Shown here: positions 8,895 through 14,742 of the stretch, piece by piece
Layout of the letters: every line of letters begins with the position of its first letter
Position numbering within the stretch: the first letter of the stretch is position 1
Source: Candidatus Fervidifonticultor quintus
Lineage (GTDB): Bacteria; Sysuimicrobiota; Sysuimicrobiia; Sysuimicrobiales; Humicultoraceae
Length of the DNA stretch: 15,919 nucleotides
Direction of reading: 5' to 3'
NCBI GenBank assembly: GCA_031459535.1
Contig: JAVKIJ010000076.1
Location: forward strand, 1 to 15,919
Translations under genes and position numbers: made by a program
Notes under the pieces: generated by a model
What the model saw: only the letters and a program-made list of their open reading frames with translations
The model's database searches: none
What the model was told of the DNA's origin: nothing

Positions 8895-9524
8895 ATGGGA
8901 AGGTACGCAGACTCGGTTTGCCGGCTCTGTCGCCGCGAGGGCATGAAACTCTACCTCAAGGGGGAGAAGTGCTACACCGAGAAGTGCCCGGTGCAGAAGC
9001 GGCCGCAGCCGCCCGGGATGCATGGGGTCTCGCGGCGCAAGCTGAGCGAGTTCGGGGTGCGCCTGCGCGAGAAGCAGAAGTTGCGACGCATCTACGGGCT
9101 CTACGAGGCCCAGTTCAAGACCTACTTCCAGCGCGCCGCCAAGTCCAAGGGCGTCACGGGCACCAGGCTGTTGCAGCTCCTGGAGACCCGGCTGGACAAC
9201 GTGGTCTACCGACTGGGCCTGGCTACCTCGCGTGCCGAGGCCCGGCAATTGGTGGCCCACGGTCACCTGGCCGTAGACGGCAAGAGGGTCACCATCCCAT
9301 CCTATAACGTACGGCCCGGTCAGCGGATCTCCGTCAGTGACACGGTGAACCCGCATCCTCGGATCAAGGAGCTGGCGGCCGCCGCAGCGGCCGGGCGGCG
9401 ACCGCCGTCCTGGATTGAATTCGACCCGACCCGGATCGAGGCCCGCGTCCTGGCGTTGCCCGCCCGGGAGGAGATCGACGTGCCAGTTCAAGAGCAGCTG
9501 GTCGTCGAGTACTACTCCCGATAG
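8895..9524 (+). CDS. rpsD: 30S ribosomal protein uS4 (four-Cys N-terminal form)
   Basis: [31 protein letters not shown]...[12 protein letters not shown]...[13 protein letters not shown]...ARQLVAHGH...VVEYYSR. Confidence 0.99.
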   Translation: MGRYADSVCRLCRREGMKLYLKGEKCYTEKCPVQKRPQPPGMHGVSRRKLSEFGVRLREKQKLRRIYGLYEAQFKTYFQRAAKSKGVTGTRLLQLLETRLDNVVYRLGLATSRAEARQLVAHGHLAVDGKRVTIPSYNVRPGQRISVSDTVNPHPRIKELAAAAAAGRRPPSWIEFDPTRIEARVLALPAREEIDVPVQEQLVVEYYSR

Positions 9525-9553
9525 CCCCGTTGCGGGTGTAGGAGGACCCGATC

Positions 9554-10516
9554 ATGGCCATTGGTACCCTGTGGGAAGCTCCGACGCCAAAGGTGGAGTA
9601 CGCCGAACTATCGGACACCTACGGCAAGTTCATTGTCGAACCCCTCGATCGCGGGTTCGGTGTAACCCTGGGCAACTCGCTGCGCCGTGTGCTGTTGTCG
9701 TCCATCTCCGGCGCTGCAGTCACATCCATCAAAATTGACGGCGTCCTGCACGAGTTCTCCACGATTCCCGGCGTCGTGGAGGACGTGACGCAGATCGTCC
9801 TCAACATGAAGGAGCTGACACTGCGGCTTTACACCGACAAGCCGAAGCTGCTACGGCTCGATGTGCGGGGCAAGAAGGACGTGACGGCCGCTGACATCCA
9901 GGAGGATCCCGAGGTGGAGATCCTCAACCGCGATCTCCACATCGCCGAGCTGGACAGGAAGGACGCCCGCCTGGCCATGGAGATCGTCGTAGAGCGCGGC
10001 AAGGGATACGTGCCAGCGGAGCGGCACCGCCGGAGCGAGCACGTCATCGGCGTCATCCCCGTGGACTCCATCTTCTCGCCGGTCCGCAAGGTCAACTTCA
10101 CCGTGGAGGACACCCGGGTCGGTCACGCCACAAACCTCGATCGCCTGGTCCTGGAGATCTGGACCGACGGCTCGGTGCGGCCGGAAGAGGCGCTGCAGGA
10201 GGCGTCACGCCTGCTCATCGACCACTTCCGGTTGTTTGCCGGCATCGCCGACGAGACCGCGGCTGGTGCGCCGTTCGGAGTCGCCGAGGACCCCGACAAG
10301 GTCAAGCTCATGAACATGCCCATAGAGGACCTGGACCTGTCGGTGCGCCCGTACAACTGCCTCAAGCGGGCCGGGATCCACACTGTCGGCGATCTGGTGA
10401 AGAAGACCGAGGACGAGGTCGTGGCGGTGAAGAACTTCGGCCGGAAGTCCCTGGACGAGGTCAAGGAGAAACTGGCGGCGCACGGCTTGAGCCTGCGCCA
10501 GCCCGAACCTTCGTAA
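9554..10516 (+). CDS. rpoA: DNA-directed RNA polymerase subunit alpha
   Basis: YGKFIVEPLDRGFGVTLGNSLRRVLLSSI...GVLHEFSTIPGVVED. Alpha-CTD IEDLDLSVRPYNCLKRAGI...KNFGRKSLDEV. Confidence 0.99.
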   Translation: MAIGTLWEAPTPKVEYAELSDTYGKFIVEPLDRGFGVTLGNSLRRVLLSSISGAAVTSIKIDGVLHEFSTIPGVVEDVTQIVLNMKELTLRLYTDKPKLLRLDVRGKKDVTAADIQEDPEVEILNRDLHIAELDRKDARLAMEIVVERGKGYVPAERHRRSEHVIGVIPVDSIFSPVRKVNFTVEDTRVGHATNLDRLVLEIWTDGSVRPEEALQEASRLLIDHFRLFAGIADETAAGAPFGVAEDPDKVKLMNMPIEDLDLSVRPYNCLKRAGIHTVGDLVKKTEDEVVAVKNFGRKSLDEVKEKLAAHGLSLRQPEPS

Positions 10517-10527
10517 GGAGCATCAGG

Positions 10528-10881
10528 ATGGCACTGGGAGCCAAACGCCGCAAGCTGGGGCGCGACACGGGAGAGCGACGGGCGCTGTTCCGTGATCTGG
10601 TGAGCGCGCTCATCCTGCACGAGCGCATCGAGACCACCGACGCCAAGGCGAAAGAAACCAAGAAGATCGCCGACAGCCTGATCTCGACCGCGCTGGCCAA
10701 CGACATCAGTGCCCGGCGGCAGGTGAGGCGGTTTCTCACCGACCCCAAGGTCGTCAAGCGGTTGTTCGTCCACGTCGTGCCGCGCTATCAGGCCGGCCGC
10801 GGAGGATACACCCGCGTGCTCAAGACCCGCACCCGGCGCGGCGACGCAGCGCGGATGGCCCTGGTCGAGCTGATCAAGTAA
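10528..10881 (+). CDS. rplQ: 50S ribosomal protein bL17
   Basis: RKLGRDTGERRALFRDL...HERIETTDAKAKE...GGYTRVLK...RRGDAARMALVEL. SD TAAGGAG upstream. Confidence 0.97.
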   Translation: MALGAKRRKLGRDTGERRALFRDLVSALILHERIETTDAKAKETKKIADSLISTALANDISARRQVRRFLTDPKVVKRLFVHVVPRYQAGRGGYTRVLKTRTRRGDAARMALVELIK

Positions 10882-10887
10882 CCCACC

Positions 10888-10934
10888 CCGGGATTCGCGG
10901 CGCGGAACTGCGGGCCCCGGGCCGCGGATCCCGG
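10888..10934 (+). repeat. Inverted repeat / strong GC-rich stem-loop in the rplQ-ecfA1 spacer (no U-tract)
   Basis: CCGGGATTCGCGGC (10888-10901) pairs with GCCGCGGATCCCGG (10921-10934): 14 bp including one G-U. It can extend by 3 bp past a G-G mismatch. Confidence 0.75.
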
Positions 10935-10949
10935 AGGATGCCCCCGGAC

Positions 10950-11825
10950 ATGACCGCACGCTCCGGGCCTGAGCCCTTCATCGAAGTCGAAGCCCTCAGG
11001 TACGTCTACAACCCCGATACCCCCCAGGCCGTGGTCGCGCTCGATGGCCTGTCGTTCTCCGTTCGCCCAGGGGAGTTTGTCGGGATCGTGGGCGGCAACG
11101 GTTCCGGCAAGTCCACCCTGGCCCGTCACCTGAACGCGCTGCTGTTGCCCACGGCGGGTCGCGTCCGGGTCGCCGGCTTCGACACCCGGGATCGGACTGC
11201 CACCTGGGAGATCCGGCGGCAGGTAGGCATGGTCTTTCAGAATCCCGACAACCAGCTGGTCGCCACCGTGGTGGAGGAAGACGTGGCGTTTGGCCCCGAG
11301 AATCTGGGCCTCCCACCTGCGGTCATCCGCGAGCGGGTGGAAGCCGCCCTGCAGGCTGTGGGGATGGCCTCCTATCGGCGGTCGGCGCCCCACCTGCTGT
11401 CCGGCGGGCAGAAGCAACGGGTGGCCATCGCCGGCATCCTGGCCATGCGGCCGGCATGCATCGTGCTCGACGAGGCCACGACCATGCTGGACCCCGAGGG
11501 CCGCGCCGAGGTCCTGGCTACGGTTGCCGCCCTCAACGAGCGCGAGGGCATCACGGTGATCCTCATCTCCCACAACCTGGAGGATCTCGTGGACGCGCAC
11601 CGGATCATCGCATTGGACGCCGGACGGATCGTCCTCGACGGGCCGCCGGCCCACGTGTTCGAGCGCGTGGATCTGGCGCCTGGAGGCCACCTGGAGGCCC
11701 CGCCCCTGGTGCGTCTCGCCCGCCAGCTCCGACAGGAAGGCCTGCCGTTGCCTGCTGGTCTCTACCGGCTGGAGGCGCTGGCCGATACCCTGGCCGCGCT
11801 GTGGACTCGTGATGCCCGTGGCTGA
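10950..11825 (+). CDS. ecfA1: ECF transporter ATPase EcfA1 (CbiO family)
   Basis: Walker A GGNGSGKST, Q-helix VFQNPDNQ, signature LSGGQKQR, Walker B IVLDEAT, H-loop ISH. ATG 10950 is preferred over 10938 because GGAGG (10933-10937) abuts 10938 with no spacer. Confidence 0.93.
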   Translation: MTARSGPEPFIEVEALRYVYNPDTPQAVVALDGLSFSVRPGEFVGIVGGNGSGKSTLARHLNALLLPTAGRVRVAGFDTRDRTATWEIRRQVGMVFQNPDNQLVATVVEEDVAFGPENLGLPPAVIRERVEAALQAVGMASYRRSAPHLLSGGQKQRVAIAGILAMRPACIVLDEATTMLDPEGRAEVLATVAALNEREGITVILISHNLEDLVDAHRIIALDAGRIVLDGPPAHVFERVDLAPGGHLEAPPLVRLARQLRQEGLPLPAGLYRLEALADTLAALWTRDARG

Positions 11826-12690
11826 GCCATTGATCGACTGTCGAGAGGTGACGTATACCTACCGGCGTGGCACGCCCATGGAGGCGGTGGCGCTGCGGGG
11901 CATTACCCTACAGGTCCACCACGGGGAGCTGCTGGCGATCATCGGCCCCACGGGATCCGGCAAGTCCACGCTCATCCAGCACTTCAACGGCCTGCTGCGG
12001 CCCACGAGCGGCACGGTGCGCGTGGAAGGCGTCGATCTCTGGGCGCCCGGCGCCGACCGCCGGCGCGCCCGCCAGCGCATCGGGCTGCTCTTCCAGTTCC
12101 CCGAATACCAGCTGTTCGAGGAGACAGTGCGTCGCGACGTGGCGTACGGACCACGCAACCTCGGCCTGCCCGATGCCGAGGTGGCCGAACGCGTGGATCA
12201 GGCACTGCAACAGGTGGGGTTGGATCCGTCCCGGTTCGGCCCGCGCTCGCCGTTTTCGCTCTCCGGCGGCGAGATGCGTCGAGTGGCCCTGGCCGGGGTG
12301 CTGGCCATGCACCCACGGGCGCTCGTGCTCGATGAGCCGACGGCAGGGCTCGACCCGCGAGGCCGGCGGGACCTCATCGATCGCGTGGAATCCCTGCACA
12401 ATCAGGGGCTGGCCGTGGTCCTGGTCACCCATAGCATGGACGATGTGGCCCGTCTCGCTGACCGCGTGGTGGTCCTGAGTGCCGGCCGCGTGGTTGCCGC
12501 GGGCGCGCCGGCCGAGATCTTTTCCCGGGAGGGCGACCTCCATGCCTTGGGCCTGGGCCTGCCCCAGGCGGCGCAGCTCGTGCGCGCGTTGCGATCCCGG
12601 GGCCTCCCAGTGGCCGATGCGCTCACGATGAGCCAGGCGCGTCGCGCGATCCTGGAGGTCCTGCGAGGCGATGCCCGTGGACCTGGGTAG
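11812..12690 (+). CDS. ecfA2: ECF transporter ATPase EcfA2
   Basis: YRRGTPME N-terminus, Walker A GPTGSGKST, FQFPEYQLFEETV, SPFSLSGGEMRR, LVLDEPTAGLDP, VTH. Start is ATG 11812 (GTG 11809 or 11818 possible). Confidence 0.94.
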   Translation: MPVAEPLIDCREVTYTYRRGTPMEAVALRGITLQVHHGELLAIIGPTGSGKSTLIQHFNGLLRPTSGTVRVEGVDLWAPGADRRRARQRIGLLFQFPEYQLFEETVRRDVAYGPRNLGLPDAEVAERVDQALQQVGLDPSRFGPRSPFSLSGGEMRRVALAGVLAMHPRALVLDEPTAGLDPRGRRDLIDRVESLHNQGLAVVLVTHSMDDVARLADRVVVLSAGRVVAAGAPAEIFSREGDLHALGLGLPQAAQLVRALRSRGLPVADALTMSQARRAILEVLRGDARGPG

Positions 12691-13483
12691 CGCGCTGGTG
12701 ATCGGCCAGTATCTGCCGCGGGGGTCGATCCTGCACCGGCTCGATCCGCGGACCAAGATCCTCATCACCACGGGGTTGGCGGTGGTGCTGTTCTTCGTGC
12801 CGTCGTTCCTCGGGCTGGGGGCGTTTGCGCTCTGGATGCTCGGTCTGCTGGTGGTGGGACAGATCCCTCTGGGCTACGCCCTGCGGGGTCTGCGGCCCCT
12901 GGTGATCCTGTTGATGCTCACGGCCTTCCTCAACACGTTCTTCGCCGCCGGCGATCCCACGCCAGCGCTGTTCCATCTAGGCCCGCTGGTGGCCACCTGG
13001 GGCGGATTGCGCACAGGCCTCTACGTGGGCGCGCGGCTGGTCCTGTTGGTGCTGGTGACCTCCATGCTGACGTTCACCACTTCGCCGGTGGAGTTGACCG
13101 ATGGGCTGGAGCGCCTGCTGCGGCCCTTTGCCCGGATCGGGCTGCCGGCCCACGAGCTGGCCATGATGATGACCATTGCGCTACGCTTTATCCCCACGCT
13201 CCTGGAAGAGACCGAGAAGATCATGAAGGCCCAGATGGCTCGGGGTGCCGACTTCGAGCGGGGAACCGCCTTCCGCCGGGCACGGGCATTCGTCCCGGTG
13301 CTCGTGCCGCTCATGGTCGGTGCCTTCAGGCGTTCCGAGGAGCTGGCCCTGGCCATGGAGGCCCGCTGCTATCGCGGCGGTGAGGGTCGGACGCGCATGA
13401 AGGAGCTGCGGTGGAGCATGGCCGACGCGGTGGCGGGCGTGCTCGCGACGGCCGTGGCCGTGGCCATCCTCCGGGTCGGCTGA
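12671..13483 (+). CDS. ecfT: ECF transporter transmembrane component EcfT (CbiQ family)
   Basis: GQYLPRGSILHRLDPRTK, hydrophobic helices, MMTIALRFIPTL. Two XRX coupling motifs, AQMARG and AMEARCY. Confidence 0.95.
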   Translation: MPVDLGSALVIGQYLPRGSILHRLDPRTKILITTGLAVVLFFVPSFLGLGAFALWMLGLLVVGQIPLGYALRGLRPLVILLMLTAFLNTFFAAGDPTPALFHLGPLVATWGGLRTGLYVGARLVLLVLVTSMLTFTTSPVELTDGLERLLRPFARIGLPAHELAMMMTIALRFIPTLLEETEKIMKAQMARGADFERGTAFRRARAFVPVLVPLMVGAFRRSEELALAMEARCYRGGEGRTRMKELRWSMADAVAGVLATAVAVAILRVG

Positions 13484-13486
13484 CCC

Positions 13487-14266
13487 ATGCGCCGGGTGGC
13501 CCTGGTCATCGAGTATGACGGTACGGCGTACGCGGGCTGGCAGCGGCAACCCAATGTTCCCACGGTGCAGATGGCGCTGGAAGAGGTGTTGGCGAGGATC
13601 ACGCAGGCACCGTGCCCCGTGACCGCGGCGGGCCGGACAGACGCGGGTGTTCATGCCGTGGGCCAGGTCGCGCACCTGGACACGGGCACCCGACTGGGCC
13701 CTGATGCGCTGCGCGATGCACTCAACGCCCTGCTGCCGCCGGACATCATCGTGCGGCGTGCTCTCGAGGTCGCGGCGGACTTCCATGCCCGTCGCGACGC
13801 CCGGCTGCGGATCTACCGCTACGTGGTGCTCTCCCGGGCGCAGCCGTCGGCGTTCCTGCGGCGCTACGCCTACCATGTACCCACAGCGCTGTGCCTGGAA
13901 TCCATGCGGGCCGGTGCCCAGGCGCTGTTGGGCCGTCATGACTTCGTCGCATTTCGGGTCGCGGGCACCGCCACGTCTTCCACCGTGTGTGAGATGCGCG
14001 CGGTGCGCATCGAGGCGCGGGGCGACCTGGTGATCTTCACGGTGGCGGCCGACCGATTCCTGCGCCAGATGGTGCGGCGGGTCGTGGGGTCTCTGCTGTT
14101 GGTCGGGCAGGGCTCGCTGGCCCCCGACGCCATCGGCGCGATCCTGCGCTCGATGGACGGTGCGCAGGCCGCACCGCCAGCGCCGGCCCACGGGCTGTAC
14201 CTCGCGCACGTGGAGTATGCGCCCGGTCGCCTCGAGCGCGCGGTCGGGCCAGCGGAAGGGTCGTGA
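13487..14266 (+). CDS. truA: tRNA pseudouridine(38-40) synthase TruA
   Basis: IEYDGTAYAGWQRQ, catalytic AGRTDAGVHAVGQ, FHAR, GRHDF, FLRQMVR, APAHGLYL. Confidence 0.97.
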   Translation: MRRVALVIEYDGTAYAGWQRQPNVPTVQMALEEVLARITQAPCPVTAAGRTDAGVHAVGQVAHLDTGTRLGPDALRDALNALLPPDIIVRRALEVAADFHARRDARLRIYRYVVLSRAQPSAFLRRYAYHVPTALCLESMRAGAQALLGRHDFVAFRVAGTATSSTVCEMRAVRIEARGDLVIFTVAADRFLRQMVRRVVGSLLLVGQGSLAPDAIGAILRSMDGAQAAPPAPAHGLYLAHVEYAPGRLERAVGPAEGS

Positions 14267-14305
14267 CGGGTGCGGCCGGGGTCGGCGCGCAGCGGCGGTC
14301 GCAGA

Positions 14306-14314
14306 TGCTATAAT
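14306..14314 (+). promoter_or_regulatory. Extended -10 housekeeping-sigma promoter (TGnTATAAT)
   Basis: TGCTATAAT at 14306-14314 is a perfect TG-n-TATAAT in otherwise very GC-rich DNA, 8 nt upstream of the tRNA. No recognisable -35 element. Confidence 0.8.
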
Positions 14315-14322
14315 CGTCGCGC

Positions 14323-14398
14323 GGGCCCGTAGCTCAAGTGGTAGAGCAGCGCCCTCATAAGGCGCCGGTTCCTGGATCGAAGCCAGGCGGGCCCACCA
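14323..14398 (+). tRNA. tRNA with CAT anticodon, most likely tRNA-Ile2 (lysidine-modified, reads AUA)
   Basis: 76-nt cloverleaf: acceptor GGGCCCG/CGGGCCC plus ACCA, D stem GCTC/GAGC, anticodon stem GCGCC/GGCGC with loop CT-CAT-AA (CAT 14356-14358), T stem CCTGG/CCAGG. Paired G1-C72 and no GGG/CCC at 29-31/39-41 exclude fMet. G3-C70, C4-G69, C5-G68, U12-A23 and A73 favour Ile2 over elongator Met. Confidence 0.88.
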
Positions 14399-14436
14399 CG
14401 GCGCGCCTGGCCCCAGCTCGCAGGGAGGTGGTGGCG

Positions 14437-14709
14437 GTGGACGAACAGGAGCGCACCGGCGTCTTCAAGCTGGGGGAGCTCACCGCGCAGGGCGTCCAGG
14501 ACCTCTTCGGCTACGTGTACCGCAAGCTGGAGGAACGAGGCTACGATCCCGTGGAGCAGATTGTCGGGTATCTCCTGTCGGGCGATCCCACGTACATCAC
14601 CAGCCACGGCGACGCGCGGAAGGTGATCCGTCAGGTGGACCGGCTGCTGCTGCTGGAGGAACTGGTCCGGGCCTACGTGGAGAGCCGGTTGCGCGCCACC
14701 GCCCGCTAG
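14437..14709 (+). CDS. reoM: IreB/ReoM family regulatory phosphoprotein (DUF965/UPF0297)
   Basis: GTG 14437 after GGGAGGTG gives 90 aa MDEQERTGVFKLG...VYRKLEERGYDPVEQIVGYLLSGDPTYITSHGDARKVIRQVDRLLLLEELVRAY. Contains the family core GY(N/D)PxxQxVGYLLSGDPxYI. Thr at position 7. Confidence 0.92.
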   Translation: MDEQERTGVFKLGELTAQGVQDLFGYVYRKLEERGYDPVEQIVGYLLSGDPTYITSHGDARKVIRQVDRLLLLEELVRAYVESRLRATAR

Positions 14710-14742
14710 CGGCCAACGCGGCCTTCACGCAGGAGGGACCGG

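Noticed and set aside
10888-10940. Classical intrinsic terminator or vitamin riboswitch upstream of the ECF genes
   Set aside because: There is no U-tract, and the spacer is under 70 nt with no recognisable aptamer motifs. It is kept only as a hairpin of unknown role.
14323-14398. tRNA as initiator fMet, or as an integration site for a mobile element
   Set aside because: G1-C72 is paired and the three G-C anticodon-stem pairs are absent, so it is not fMet. I found no duplicated tRNA 3' end or integrase in the window, and the flanking genes are housekeeping.
14338-14436. Longer N-terminus for the ReoM ORF (14338..14709) running through the tRNA
   Set aside because: It overlaps a well-formed tRNA. 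The SD and the typical family length of about 90 aa support GTG 14437.
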